Positions 37,291-52,922 of a stretch of DNA of 64,000 bases are shown here, in pieces (the first letter of the stretch is position 1; every line of letters starts with the position of its first letter). The translations under genes were made by a program, and so were the position numbers. The stretch is from Tubiluchus corallicola (lineage: Eukaryota > Animalia > Priapulida), in NCBI GenBank assembly GCA_030141605.1, contig JAQGDQ010000211.1, forward strand, positions 270,885-334,884. The letters are read 5' to 3'. Below the pieces are notes generated by a model that searched no databases, had not been told where the DNA came from, and was given only the letters and a program-made list of their open reading frames with translations.

Positions 37291-38094
37291 TATGCCCTCA
37301 TACAGGACGTACGCCTAAATGACATTACAAGTTGACAAAAAAGTCCATTTTTCATGCATCTTTCTGTTTCCGGTTATAGCTTTGACGGTACATTTAAACT
37401 AATACAAGCGCTGTTGTTGTTTTTCAATTCAAACATCAATCGCCATTATCCCTACTTCCATTTTCAAATCTTGTATCTAATAATGCATTTTTGACACGTG
37501 GAAAATACTCGTCTGTTTCATCAAGCCTTTTAACGGCCGTCATTACCCGACGTTTGTTGACAACAGCAACTGCACACTGTGCTGACAATGTTGTTTTCCT
37601 CGACGCCAGTAACTGTGAGCAATCATTAAATTCTGCTGGTCAACAACTCGCTCAAATAATCAAATCAACTCCGCGGGGGATTTGCACCTCTAATGAAGTC
37701 ACATATAGACGCCACGTGTTGTGACGTCGCCAGGAAACAAAATGCACGCAAGCAGAGAAATAGCAGCAGCAACACGATGGACATTTATTGCACGTAAACT
37801 GGACAATCATTAGACCTTATCGGGCAACAATTAGACGTTATCATCATCGGATGATTATAGTGATGATGCGGATATCGTTAACCGGCTAAGATTATTATAT
37901 ACAAGAGCTAATACACTGTATAATAAATTTTATTCTTGTTCAAAGGAAGTAAAAAGTATCTTGTTCAAATGGTATCGTAGTTTAGTCAGGAAAAGCTCCC
38001 ATAGTTTAAGAAGTCGTATATTTAAAAGTAAAAATGACATTCTAAGATTGTGACTGTATAAACTCCGTCGTTTTATTTGAGTCTCCATTTTTGT

Positions 38095-38423
38095 ACATGT
38101 AATACATAATGTAACACATAATGCAATACATAATGTAACACATAATGTAATACATAATGCAATACATAATGTAACACATAATGTAATACATAATGTAACA
38201 CAATGTAATAGATAATATAATACATAATGCAATACATAATGTAACACATAATGTAATAGATAATGTAACACATAATGTAATAGATAATGTAATACATAAT
38301 GTAACACATAATGTAATGCATAATGTAACACATAATGTAATACATAATGTAACACACAATGTAATAGATAATGTAACACATAATGTAATAGATAATGTAA
38401 TACATAATGTAACACATAATGTA
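38095..38423. repeat. 12-bp minisatellite (acataatgtaaY)
   Basis: Direct inspection. Confidence 0.93.
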
Positions 38424-39489
38424 AGGATTTTAAGTTGTACATTTTTAGGCAAGGTATTTTTAATGTATTGCACTGCTGGTGGCACCTCGCCACCCGGCGG
38501 TGTTTCGGGCCTGCAGGTACGGAGGCGGAGCAGCCTAATAATGATGGTCACATAACCACAATTAAACAAAGCTGAATTAAATAATGCTGACTATTTAACT
38601 GGAAAGAGATTTAGATATTACAAGGCCTAAACTAACTGTGACAAGATTTTAAACAAATTAAAGTAAAACAGAACATAGAAATGAGATGGAGAGACTGATG
38701 CCTAACTTGCCATATAGCGGGTAGTAGGAGAGCTCTAAGTCTGATGGAAGAATCACAAGCACAAGAACCACCAAGTCTGCACAACCCGATTACCACTGCA
38801 GCTCCAAAGTACAGCAGGTCTGCCTCCCCCTTTTATAACCTTTCCCAAACTAGTGTACATGTCAGAGATAGAGCCAAAATGAAACCTGGTTGGTTGAAAG
38901 CAAAAAGGTGTGAAGATTTAACCAATAAGAACTGAAATATTTCACACTAAAAAGCCATATAAATTAAATAATATATATTTTATTTAAATTATATGGATTT
39001 TAAGTGTGAAATAAAAATGTGAATTGTATTGAATTTAATTTAGATACCATCAGTTAAGGAGGTAACCCTTCCGACTTTCCCAAAAGGGCAGCTCTTGGAC
39101 TTTCATCAGTTGAGGGCCTTGTAAGCAATTAAAGGACAGTTTATTGCCTTTGTAACAGTTTAGTTATTGGTCTTGTTTGGCTAGGCAGAGCTTAGGAAAA
39201 CATGAATGGTCTAATATTCTGCCTCGAGGTCGTAAAGTGTCGTTTGTGACGTTTGCCACTTCTGTTGGTTCAGTCACTCTCTTCTAAGACTGTTTAATCT
39301 GAAGCTTCGAACGAAAATCTCTTTTTGTTTTCGCGCAGGAGTACCCCGGAGTGCTCGCATAGGAAGAGCAGGGACTACTTGCATTTGCTTTCATATACTT
39401 GACCCAAGGGTTCTAGTATTACAAAAGCATTGACAATACATGTACGTTTTTGCCTTGACTGGCTTTATGTATAAAAAGCAATACAGGAC

Positions 39490-39945
39490 CAGCGTTTGTA
39501 CTCAAAACTTAGCAAAGTAGTTGGAATTTTCAAAAAATGTTAAAAATTTTTAGATTTTTCTACTTATAAACAGCTGTATTATACGTTTGCCTATCCTTAA
39601 TTTGATTATTGCAGTATAGTATGGGGTAATACGTATGCAGATACCTTAGAAAGATTATTAAAAATTCAAAAAAGCTCATCCATCTAATGACCAAGGTAAT
39701 CGATATGCAAACTAACCTGTTCATGTACAAATATGTTAATAATCTTTGGCTTAATATGTATCACAATTTTTTCAGTATGTATTCATATCAAACTCGACAA
39801 TACCACAAATTCCATATTCCTAAGTCCAGAACAAACGTTATGAAACATTCTGCCATGTATAATGGTGCTGTATAATGTGGAATAATTCACCCAGTAAAAT
39901 AAAACAAGCCAGTAATTTAAATAAATTTAAGAAACTTTAAAAAAA
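39490..39945 (+). mobile_element. Degenerate LINE (L2/Crack/CR1-group) ORF2 C-terminal fragment
   Basis: KLSKVVGIF..LYYTFAYP.FDYCSIVWGNTY..KIQK..MYKYVNN..TRQ..FHIPKSRTN..WN..FKK motifs with stops and frameshifts. Confidence 0.7.
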
Positions 39946-40329
39946 ATATTTTTTTTGGGATAGTTTTATAGCCCTTTCTTCCCTTTTGAGCATCCGACCG
40001 GAACCGCTACTTTAATATTCGCTCTTCTACACTAAAAGCAGCTATGGCTCTTTGCGACTTCTTAATGTTCTAATAATCCCACATATAATGATGTAATTAA
40101 ATCCATCTTGCAGTAAACGTGATCTTCGACTCGTGAATGCGTCTCCAGGGATTGCTTAATGAAGAATAATTCCAGCTCTTACCTAAATTATCATTCGCAG
40201 ATGTTAATTATTCATGCACTCCCTGCATCTTGCAAATAGCTTTACGACCGAATTACATGCTTACTTAATGCAGGATATAAGCAGAACAATCCGCTGCTGA
40301 TTTTACGTGGGACATAAAAGTGAAAGCTT

Positions 40330-41460
40330 CTGGATTAATAATGCTGAAAATTGGGTCATTAATAAATAATGCCGAAGAATTGTGCCCTTAATTAATAATG
40401 CGCAAGAATTGTGCTCTTAATTAATAATGCCCAAGAACTGTGCCCGTTATAAACATTGCCGAAGAATTGCTTCTTTCATTGATAATGTTCAAGAATTTTT
40501 GTCCTTAATTGATAACGCCTAAGAATTGTTCCTGTAAATAATAATTTTAAGGAATTTGTGTCCTTAATTGAAAAAGCCCAAGAATTGTTCCCGTAATTGA
40601 TGATGTTCAAGAATTTTTGCCCTTAATTGATAACACCTAAGAATTGTTCTTGTAAATAATAATGTTCAAGAATTTGCGTTCTCAATTGATAACGCCTAAG
40701 AATTGTTCTTGATAAATAATAATGTTCAAGAGTTTGTGCCCGTAATTGATAATGTTCAAGATTTTGTGTCCTTAATTCATAACCCTAAGAATTGTTCCTG
40801 TAAATAATAATGCTCAAGCATTTGTGTCCTTAATAGATAATGCCTAAGAATTGTTCCTGTAAATAATAATGTTCAAGAATTAATTGATAATGCATATGAA
40901 TTGTTCTTGTAAATAATAATGTTCAGGAATTTGTGTCCTTAATTGATAAGGTCCAAGAATTGTGCCTGTAAATAACAATGTTCAAGAATTTTTGCCCTTA
41001 ATTGATAACGCCTAAGAATTGTTCCTGTAAATAACAATGTTTAGGAATTTGTGTCCTTAATTGATAAGGCCCAAGAATTGTGCCCGTAATTGATAATGTT
41101 CAAGATTTTGTGTCCTTAATTCATAACCCTAAGAATTGTTCCTGCAAATAATAATGTTCAAGCATTTGTGTCCTTAATAGTTAACGCCTAAGTATTGTTC
41201 CTGTAAATAATAATGTTCAAGAATTTGTGTTCTTAATTGATAATGCCTCAGAATTGTTTCTGTAAATAGGAATGTTCAAGAATTGTGCCCGTAATTGATA
41301 ATGTTCAAGAATTTGTGCTCTTAATTAATAACGCCCGTGTATTGAGCTTGTAATTGGTAACGTTAAAGAATTTGTGCCCTTAATTAATAACGCCCGTGAA
41401 TTGTGCTCGTAATTGATAATGTTCAAGAATTTTAGGCCTTAATTGATAACCCCTAAGAAT
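40330..41460. repeat. AT-rich ~28/58-bp satellite block
   Basis: aattgttcctgtaaataataatgttcaagaatttgtgtccttaattgataacgcctaag units, closely similar to 32083-32467. Confidence 0.9.
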
Positions 41461-42494
41461 GTCCTTGGTAGTTAGTATATTATTTTTGTCCTCAAAGGAG
41501 CGAGGCCTCCACTTGAAGTTTATATGATTCTCTTATTTGTATACAAATACAGAGCGTGGTGACTGTATCAATAACTAAGGGGAAAAATAAGAACTTTTGC
41601 TAATAATTACAAAGGAAAAATAATAAGATACTTGCAAAGAATATGTTGCTCCTTTGACATAAGATGCTATTCCTTGAATACTGTTATATCCATCCCGGGG
41701 CTTCCTATGTTTCTCCGCCGACTGCCAGCATTTAGAAGAATTTAAAGTTTGATGCTTCGGAATATGGAGTGCAGCACTCAGTGCCAGTGCCTCCTCAATG
41801 TAAGTGGATGTGGCAACATTAAGATGACACATTCAGCCAAGCAGGTGTATGTACGGCCTCCTTTGACAAGGCAAAGAACTGGACTCAGAGACCACACGCT
41901 GCCAAAAAGAAGAACTAAACGCAGTAGTGACATATTTATTCACTGTCCAGGTTTGGCGTTGCTTAACTTTGGTCATGCAGTGGTCCTGCACACCATGACC
42001 ACAGATATGCATTATGCCCTAAAGTGGTTTTGCAAGCTTTTTTAGATAAGTAAAGCAACACTGCAAAAGCCGGCTTAGTCGCTCCATAGTTGAAGTAATC
42101 TTAAAGGTTATCCCGTCTTGAAATGTCACCACTGAAAGCATGATAATTAATGTGATGATGCACATCTAATTAGAGCTGGATTTTACTGCAAAAAGTTCAA
42201 AATTTGACGAATCGGGTGCTCATGCTATAACTCAATTTCGATTTGTCAATTAATTAGTCAGTTAATTAATCATTATCAATTATCAGCTAAGACATTATCA
42301 TGTTAGACATTATCAATTAAGAACACACATCTTGGACATTATTAGTTGGTTGACAGCACAGTCCTTGGACATTATTAATTAAGGACTCAGTTCTTGTATA
42401 TTACTAATTAACATTACAGTCCTTGGGCATTATGAGTTAAGGGCACAGTTTTTGAACATTATCAACTAAGGACACAGTCCTAGTACAATATCAA

Positions 42495-43110
42495 TTAAAG
42501 GAAGACAGGGTGACTTTTCATATACCACCCCATTTTCAAGTACGGTAAAAATTATACATTTTAACACAATAAATACTGTAAAAGCGTTTCTGATCGTTAA
42601 TAATAAATTAAAAGCCTAATTAACGGCGTCGAGCCAATCTATTGATGACATCACAAACTAACATAATTTTCAACATAAAAAAATATTCCAAGAGTGTGTT
42701 GCACGTGTTTGTGAAAGCGAAAATTGAAGTACAGTGCTACTGTAAGATATTCAGTGTGTTGTGCAAAAGCTAGGCAAGTTTTAAGATAAACATTCAAATT
42801 TCAAATTTATCGCTGTGCTCACGCATTAGCTGTTGACTGTGTGCAGTTCGCCACAAACTGACACATCTAAACTGAAAGGTACAGCACCTGTTTTTGTGCA
42901 TTGCGTTTCCGAAATGCAGGTGATAGTGCCCGTCTAACTAACGAATGGCGAAATGCACGTAACAGTGAAGAACTAGTGGCGCAAACACGAAATTGTGTTT
43001 GTGTGGTAATAATTCTTTCACGTAAGTCATTTTTTCAAAATAGTATGTTTCCTTTCAATATTTTAAAGAGTGGATTAACTTACAGTTTAAGATTGCAGGT
43101 TTTGCTTTAA
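42495..43110. mobile_element. Kolobok-like MITE (intact copy)
   Basis: TTAA-aggaagac ... gttttgct-TTAA ends; second, fragmented copy at 21357-24611. Confidence 0.7.
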
Positions 43111-43549
43111 AGATAGAACAGATTTTTAATAATGTGCCTACCGTAGATAATAATATTACTACGTATATCTATGGTACACACATTTCAAGTAGTGCCAGTT
43201 ACACAGAGGCACAGTCAAGGTGGCTGAAGGTCAGTTTTTTCCCCATCACTGTTGTTGAATCGAGCAGCTGCAATCTCTTCTTCTGACTGATGCCTCTCTA
43301 GCAATTTTCCGTCTCTGTGGAATAATTTATTCACTTCATAGTTGTCTGTCCGTCAATCCAGTGTAATAATTAGTAAGGATCGAGTTACAGTGATAATGCA
43401 CGGCCAGCATATAACTATGTCGCCTTGAACCAGAATGTATGAAGCCAGCCAAGCTATTGATTGGGTAAAGAATAGAATATAGATTGTGCAGTCTCGGATC
43501 AGGAAAGCTTCTTATTGTGAAAATATATGCGACAGTATGTCCTTCCAGT

Positions 43550-44435
<886 letters not shown>

Positions 44436-44789
44436 TGCAGTGAAACAGAAACTGAGAATAAAGCCCCCACGCTATTGATTGTGTAAAGAATACACCATCG
44501 TATCAGGAAAGATTTCTTATTGCGAAAGTTGATAATATACGCGACAGGTCCCATCCAACGTTAACAAGCTCTCTGCTTTTACTTAAGATTTTAATTAAAA
44601 ATTTGCTTCAGTGAACGTTTGAAGGCTTCGGCAAATGCTGATGATTAAAGCTTGGTTTGCCTGACAGCATTGACAGAGTGAGTTATAAAAATCTAGCGGT
44701 AATAACAATCACGGAAGCGGGTGCGAAATGAACAGAAATGAATGGAGGCATGCACTAGTTCTGATGTAGATGAGGTAGATCTTTCCCCG

Positions 44790-44841
44790 CTCTCTTCCTC
44801 ACTCACTCACTCACTCACTCACTCACTCACTCACGCACGCA

Positions 44842-44886
<45 letters not shown>

Positions 44887-45035
44887 TTTCTTTCCTTCTC
44901 TCCTTCTCTCCTTCTCTCTTTCTCACACACTCTCTCATTCTATCTCTCATTCATTCACTTACTTTCACACTCTCTCTCTTTCTCATGCACTCTCTCTTTC
45001 TATCACTCATTCGTTCACTTATTTTCACACACTCT

Positions 45036-45088
<53 letters not shown>

Positions 45089-45265
45089 ATCTCTTATTCT
45101 CTCGCTCTTTTTTTCGCATTCTCACTATCCCTCTATCTCTGTTTCTCTGTCTGTCTTTCTTCTTCTGTATCTCTCTCTTTTACTCTCTCTCTCTCTCTCT
45201 TTCTCTTTACTCTCTCTCCTTTCAATCTCATTTGCTCTCTCTCTCTCTCTCGCTCTCTTTCTGCC
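44790..45265. repeat. (TCAC)/(GCAC)/(AC)/(CT) compound low-complexity region
   Basis: Direct inspection. Confidence 0.9.
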
Positions 45266-46249
45266 TTTTCTTTACAGTTGCCTTTTTGTTAAATCAAGCC
45301 TTTCAATGAGAAAAGTTGATGACAACTACCCCCCACCCAGATCTTAAAATTTTGTCAATTGTTTTTCCTGAAGACACACCGCTAAAATTGCTAGCGATGA
45401 TGTCTGTATTAGTTTATAAGCTCACCTTGATCAAAGGGTTAATGAAAGGGATGTTTTAGTGTTCGCTGAATCTTTGCTTTCCGCCTTAGTTTGACAACTA
45501 CGTAGTGAAATAATCACACGTGCAGTACAGCACATACGTCGGATGAAGCTATGGTGTATGACAAAGATTCACTCTAGGACTACTACTTTTTCTTATCTAT
45601 ATGAATCTACATTTCAAATTTCAATACGCAAAGGTGGAATCGTATTAAGAGAAGAAAGCCAACAAATTTTCTCAGTAATTAAAAAATTGAAGTATAATTA
45701 TGTTATTTTGCGGCAAATTTTAAATGGCGGAACCCTCTATTTCTGTTAGCAAAAATGTCCTGCATTTAAAATACCATATCAGTGGAGAAATTGGAAACCA
45801 AGGCTCTTTTTGTGACCTAACTTTGACCAGTTAGCTAGTTGACTCTAAGATACTATTACCCTTCCTCTAGTAACACAGTTCCAGCTCTGTACCTTGATAC
45901 AACTAATTACGTCACTTTTTTACCTGTCCTTGATGACAGTTAGTAACAGCAAAAATTCAGGAAGTGTGTTATTCTTGTTCCTTGATGCTATTTGATACTC
46001 GTTTTTCTAAATGACCTTGACGCCTCTTGACATTTCTTGCAGGCTCTTCCTTGATCACCATCGCCTGCTCATAGACGTTCCCTTTTTACTTGTTGCAAAC
46101 ATTTTATTGGCTTCAAAAATCGGAAATTTGCACAAATGCAGGTGGCTATCACACACGTGTTTTTTATCATTACAATATTAACGATCAGAGTTGGAAGTGT
46201 GTCGGCGCCCTACATTGTTTTATGCAGGTGACAGTTACAAAGTAAAAGA

Positions 46250-46909
46250 GACTCATACATCAAATTAATTGTACTACAAAACTATGCTTTACGATTAGTT
46301 AGTGGTCATTCTTTGAAAATCATCTCACAATATAAGTAAATATTCTGCCACCTCTTTAAGAAACTCCATGAAAATCCCGATATTAGAAGCCCACAGAGAT
46401 TATCAAACTCTCCTGCTTTTCTATAAATATATCAACAATATTAATTCTCCTTTCAAAAACAATAAGCTCTCACTTCTTGAAAACCCCAGTATGAATAACA
46501 GAACACTAAATTTAAGAAACATTAGAACGAACAATCAATATGGAAAGAATTCCATTACTCCATTACTATTGTCTAAGCAAGCAATACAACTTTGGAATTC
46601 TTTACCGACATCACTAAAACACAGCAGCTCTTTATCAATATTCAAGTCTAAATTAAAAAAAAACATTTAATGACTCGTTTTGAATATCCGACATACGAAC
46701 ACGATGATACTTACTCAAATCATAATTTCATTTTTCTTAGACCTTACTAAACTAGTTTATATTTTATTTTTGAATTTCTAGTTGCACTTATAATTTAGCT
46801 TGCACCAGACGCATTTGCCCAGAACAGTGTATGTTTTTATATGAACTAACACTGATTGTCTGTCTTTTATTATGATGGTCAATGTTTTTAAAATGGCAAA
46901 TAAAGATTT

Positions 46910-46910
<1 letters not shown>
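46250..46910 (+). mobile_element. LINE (L2/Crack/CR1-group) 3' fragment
   Basis: ...YKYINN...NLRNIRTN.YGKNSI..QAIQLWNSLPTSLKHSSSLSIFKSKLKK; 3' UTR with aataaa then a (TAC)n tail. Confidence 0.8.
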
Positions 46911-47365
<455 letters not shown>

Positions 47366-48064
47366 ACTACAGTTATACTAATGCAAGTGGTTAACTTATT
47401 TAAGAAGCGAAGTACGTGCGCGTACACAACATTTTAATGCATTAAAACGAATAATTTAACCTACATTTCGGACGACGCCAAAAACAGTAATGATTCGGCA
47501 GATTAATGGGGCTTTTATAAAACACCGCAGGTGTTGAGTAACATCAAACGTACAATAAAACCGACTCGAAAGTACAGTTGAATGGCCTAATGCATGCAAT
47601 TTGTCGTATTGGCAGTGAATAAAATGGGTTTGTTGTGTAAACTGCAGCGAGGCAAACTAGGGAAAACCAGAAGAAATTGACAAACTGATTATACGAAGCT
47701 TTGTGGCTTGGTTTAAACGTAGCAGATAAAATGCTTTTCGTGTCGGTTTTGTTATGTAAGCTTCCGAAATTGATGCTATTCCGAGCGAGAAATATGCAAT
47801 CCTGACGCAGGAAGAATTAAGAAGCAATAAATCTCAAAATGCAGTGCAATTTGTGCATGTATTCTTGCTGGAATGCATGCAATACTACTCTTTGAATGTA
47901 TTTTGTAGCACCATTGCCAAAGTATGTTATTATCGTTATGATTGCGTAAGTCACAGGCTTAATAGGACCGGAGGCCACGCGAGGTCACAAGCTACAGCAG
48001 AAAATGAAGTTATGAACACATGTCCAGCCATAAAGCCCTAAATATATTTTTTATATACATATAT

Positions 48065-49050
48065 AATCTTTATTTGGCATTAAAATACATTGATAAGCAC
48101 TGAATAAAAACTTTACAGAGATGATCAATCAGTGTTAGTTAATAAAAACTTACACTGCTAAAGGCAAGTGCGTCAGTGCAATCTAAACTACTGTGCAGTA
48201 ATGGAAAGTAACGACGAATAAAATCAAACATATTTACAACTATGCACAAAAAATGAAAAAAATATGATTTAATTAATATGGCCGCGGATAAATAAATTCT
48301 GAATTAGTGTGTATGTTGTCGTACTGGTGTGTTGGTATTTCATATCTGGCTAATATTAGTGATTTTAATTTTGTTTTAAATGCTGATAGGGACTTGATTT
48401 GTTTAACCTGTAATGGTAGAGAATTCCAAAGTAGAATTGCTTGCTTGATTACAGAGTTCGTTTCATAGTGGGTATTTGTCCTAATTTGTTTTAGATTGCT
48501 TGTTCTGGAATTAACGATAGGATTTGGAAAAAAGGTAAATTTGTTATTCTGGAATGGTTTGCTGATGTTGTTAATGTATTTAAATATAAAAAGCAGAGTA
48601 AAATATTCTTTGTGTGCTTCAATAATTGGGAATTTTAAAGTTTTTCTCAGGTTAGTTGTTGAAGCTTTGAATTGTTGTCTACATGTCTTACGTTTGTATG
48701 AGTACCAAGCTATCAATCTCAACGCATAGTTCTGAAGGACATTTAATTTTAAGTAATTTTCTCTTTTGATTTTTTGAAGTAGCGTACATGCATATAAGAA
48801 GTGTGGTATAACTAAAGTTTTATATATTAATGTCTTAGTTTGTTATGCTACGTGCCCTTTTACTTGTCGGAGATATGATGTGCTAGATGCCATTTCGTGT
48901 ATATGGTATTAAAGTGTTCAACCCATGAAAGATTATTGTCTACCCGCATGCCCAGAAATTTAACATTATTAGTTTGTTTGATTACAGCATTGTCTATTGT
49001 CAAAGTGGTTGATGATGCATCATTAGTATTTAATAAGGGTGACAGTATCA
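48065..49050 (-). mobile_element. LINE 3' fragment, same family as 46250-46910, opposite strand
   Basis: IKQTNNVKFLGMRVDNNLSWVEH (RT thumb) and QAILLWNSLPLQVKQIKSLSAFKTKLK; shared 3' UTR motif aactaacactgattg. Confidence 0.85.
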
Positions 49051-49052
49051 TG

Positions 49053-49408
49053 AATAGGCTAGTACATGCTGCAGCCTAGGGTCCCCCCAAGCTTTAGGGG
49101 CCCTAGAGTTTTGATAACAGAGGTAAAAATCTTTTTTTCACTATGGTTGTGTTGAAAAACGTGCTAATTTGGTTTGCAGTAAATAGTAAAATACTGGTAT
49201 TTCTTAAAGAATATTTTTATTGTCAAACAAAAGAAGCTATTCTAGTTTATGTAAAGAGTTTACAAAAAGTTTACTTCAAGCTATGTAAATATCGCTATAT
49301 CACGATTAAAATATTCAAGACGGGTGCGGGGGAGTTAGAGGATGACTCCATCTGAGAGGGGCCCATAGTTTCATTAGCATGGGCCCCAAAAGGTCATAAT
49401 CCGGCTCC
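49053..49408. mobile_element. Partial hAT-like MITE abutting the LINE fragment
   Basis: taggctagtacatgctgcagcctagggtccccccaagctttaggggccc start; right end gggccccaaaaggtcataatccggc; related fragments at about 27960-28060 and 22272-22300. Confidence 0.6.
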
Positions 49409-49692
49409 ATATCCAGCGAAATATATTTTTTATCTATTTGACTTATTCTGACTTTAATTCAATACGCAAAGTACTATATAAAAGCAAACAAGTGATGCAG
49501 ATTATAAAACTATAGACATAAGATAAAAAACTGCACAAGAGGAGTAGAGATTAATTTAAATAATAAATTAAGAGGTTAGTAATGTGTTACAATATTGGAA
49601 GTACAATGACTTATATCGAATGTCTGCATCAGTTATGCAGAATGAAATCATACTGCTATTCACAATTCTACCTCTTAGGTGTATATTTACGC

Positions 49693-50378
49693 TTTAAGAC
49701 CTTAAAACACAAGAAAACCTTCCACTTACATAGAGCTTCAAAATTCGTCTTGTAATTTTATATCACCTACATTCTGCAGGGCTTACGTCGGCAGTAACGC
49801 TGTATAAAACTTGTAAATTTAAACTAATTCGATGACCGTTAGGTGCAGCCATTTTAATGGTAGGTCGTTTGAGACAAGTTTTGATAACATTAAATAAAGT
49901 TTGAAAAAATAATCAAAGCATTCGTAGCATACATGTTACCAACTGAGTAAAATTTTAAATTACTGTATCTTGTCAATATGATTGAAATACTTTTTTGGCT
50001 AGTGAGCGGCGCACCCTGTAGGGTGAGTCAGCGATATTTTACCAATTGGCACGAAAATTTTAAATTATTATTTCCAGATACATAAGTCTTTCCAGCAGGT
50101 AAGCGAAATGCTGAGTAATATAACTTTGCATGGAAAGTTTTTCAGGACATAGTTTAACATTTCCCTTTCTTCCCCTGATTTACATTGTGCATATATGACG
50201 TCATGTAATGGAGCGGTCGGAACAGTTTTGCGGGAGATTTAAAATGAAGACAAACAAATGAAGACAACGTATTCCTTTCAACGCGAATACGATATGTGCA
50301 TAAAATTGTTGTAAATTAATAATTTTTAAGGCGATTTTTCTGAAACCAACTTCATTTACCCCTTTTCTTGTCCTTTAA
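49693..50378. mobile_element. TTAA-bounded DNA element, inverted copy of 4895-5476
   Basis: Reverse-complement collinearity; ttaa at both ends. Confidence 0.7.
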
Positions 50379-50782
50379 AGTAATCAGTATAATTCATGCA
50401 ACTATTTTTAGCGATAGATGGCGTCTGTTGACATTCCTTGTGAAGCGGGTGAGGTTGTAACTAACAGAGCAATAATCTTCTGCTAAACAATTCCATAGAG
50501 AAGAAGTCCGATATAAAACTGAATTAATAAGCAGGCTAAAGCAGTGGATAAAGTCAATCTGTTGAAGTACGTTGCTTGGAAATGTGTAGATTGGCTACAT
50601 TTTCTGAAATAACTGAATAAAAGATGTAAAATCTGTAAGATTTGTCACTCATCGGCTGTCTCAGCCCAAGCTGTTGCCAAACACGTGACTTTATCAGCAT
50701 AAATTATGCCAGGCTTTTTTGTAACGTGGAATCTTAGAGCGTAATTATGTACAAGACGTCACGGTGTGAACGAAGCTTTGTG

Positions 50783-51133
50783 ACACTTCCTTCCTGTCTG
50801 CGATAAGAGGATGAGATATGTGGTCAACAGGAAGCTGTCCTGCTTAGCATGTTGATGACACAGAAGATGGTCTTTATCGCAGAATAATCTGGAATAACTC
50901 GGGGTTATTGACATTGTCCATGTAAGAATGATGACGATAGCAATGGCGATGACCACAATGGCGAAGGGTATTGCAGACACTTCCGTCCTGTCTGTGGTAA
51001 GAGGATGACATATATGGTCAACAGGAAACTGTCCTGCTTAGCATGTTGATGACATAGACGATGGTCTTTATCGCGGAATAATCTGTAATAACTCCAGGTT
51101 GTTGACATTGTCCATGTAAGAATGATGACGATG
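50783..51133. repeat. Two-copy tandem duplication (~194-bp period)
   Basis: acacttcc.tcctgtctg...tggtcaacaggaa.ctgtcctgcttagcatgttgatgaca...ttgacattgtccatgtaagaatgatgacgat at 50783 and 50977. Confidence 0.85.
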
Positions 51134-51179
51134 ACCACAATGGTATTGTAGACTTCAGTGACACTAGTAATTGTGGAGG

Positions 51180-51315
51180 CTGTTATGATGATAATGGCGA
51201 TGATGATGATGATGGTGCTGATGATGATGATGATGATGATGGTGCTGCTGCTGATGATGATGGTGATGATGATGACGGCGATGATGATTATGATGATGAT
51301 GATGATCTTGATGAT

Positions 51316-51347
<32 letters not shown>

Positions 51348-51580
51348 CGACGACAACGATGACGATGATGATGCATGACGATGATGATGACGACGACGAC
51401 CACGATGATGATGATGATGATGGCGATGATGATGATGGCGTGGATGATGATGATGACAACGACGACGACGACGACGACGATGATGATGATGATGTTGACG
51501 ATGATGATGATGCATGACGATGATGATGACGACGACGACCACGATGATGATGATGATGATGGCGTGGATAATGACGGTTA
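51180..51580. repeat. (GAT/GAC)n low-complexity tract
   Basis: Direct inspection. Confidence 0.9.
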
Positions 51581-52854
51581 TAGTTATGTAGTGACAGTGA
51601 AAATGACTGCTACTGAGAGACGCAAGTTTGCACCACATTCTTGTAATTTGCATTAAAAGACAGGCTTGTTGTTAAACGTACAAAATTATATAAGTTTATA
51701 AGTAACATAAGTAAATAATAATAAATTACTCTACATTGCATTGCAAACAAAGAACAAAACAGATTTAATCAACAATGAAAGAGGCAAAATTCCCTTACAA
51801 AGGAATACAGAACAAATATCAATTAACTCATGCAATTAACATAAATAATTATCACAACAATATTACATAAAGTTAGTGATAATAGTACATATAGTAGTAC
51901 ATATAATAACTCTTTACACAATTGTCTTTGGATTTTACTGATTCCTAGTCTGAAAGGCGGATTCCAGAAAAGGCACAATAATCTTGTGTAATTCGATATC
52001 TTGATTATTCGTTATAAAGACAAATTTATCATTGTCATTTGATGTGGCAGAAAATGCAAGAAAATTTTATTAAAAAGTGGCAATTTATCATCCAGATAAA
52101 GAACATTACACGAGTAAGTGATATGTTTGTGTGACTTAGCTATTCCCGGGGGTTCATATTAATATTAAGCCTCTAGTAGCAATCATGCTTGCGCCGGAAG
52201 ACGCAGTATGAACGGCATATCATCATTTCCGCAATTACGACTCGGGTTTCATTAAACTGAGCGGCGTGTCTCTATCATCAGCAGCACAATGGCAGGTAAA
52301 ATACGCGCTATTGTGAAGCCCGTGTTGATAAGAGTATGATTCGTTACAATCGGAGTTTATCGCGCAAAAATTGGCTTCGTGAAAGAAGCAGGAAGCCATG
52401 CAGTGAGGTAGATTAGGAGGGGGGGAAAGACTTCCTGCAGAAATGGGTAATTCATCAGCCGACAACTTATAAGTGGAGATGAATTTTGATCGTAATGAAC
52501 ATCGTAAAAACGATATTGTTTCAAGGTTTCATTTTATCTTCCGTCTTCTTTGTGTGTTTCTTGAGTACCTGGGGGAAATTGTTCGTCTACGGAGATGAGA
52601 GTAATAAAATGAAAAGGAAAAAAACCGGTAAAGTAGAAAAAATGTGCAGTGATACACAGTGAAAACAGTTAAAGTGGAAGAAGAGAGTGATGAGGGAACA
52701 GACAACTACTTTGCAAACCAGGAGAGGATTTGTTGGAAACATAGATAGTTTGTTTTATTAAAGGGTCAATTTAAAGTAACGTTAAAGGCAATTTTAAAGT
52801 ACGCCCTAAAGAACTTTATGGAAACTATTAATATTATTATTATTGTTATTATAG

Positions 52855-52922
<68 letters not shown>

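Noticed and set aside
41575-41832. 85-aa minus-strand ORF
   Set aside because: Weak resemblance to a LINE endonuclease segment (LHIP...RDG...GIASYVK); not a host gene and too degenerate to annotate.
51158-51656. His-, Asp- or Met-rich ORFs suggesting a metal-binding or biomineral protein
   Set aside because: (GAT/GAC)n microsatellite with no signal peptide or credible exon structure.
52140-52800. Possible first exon or promoter of the GPCR
   Set aside because: Unique, somewhat GC- and purine-rich sequence, but no unambiguous TSS or donor can be assigned without transcript data.
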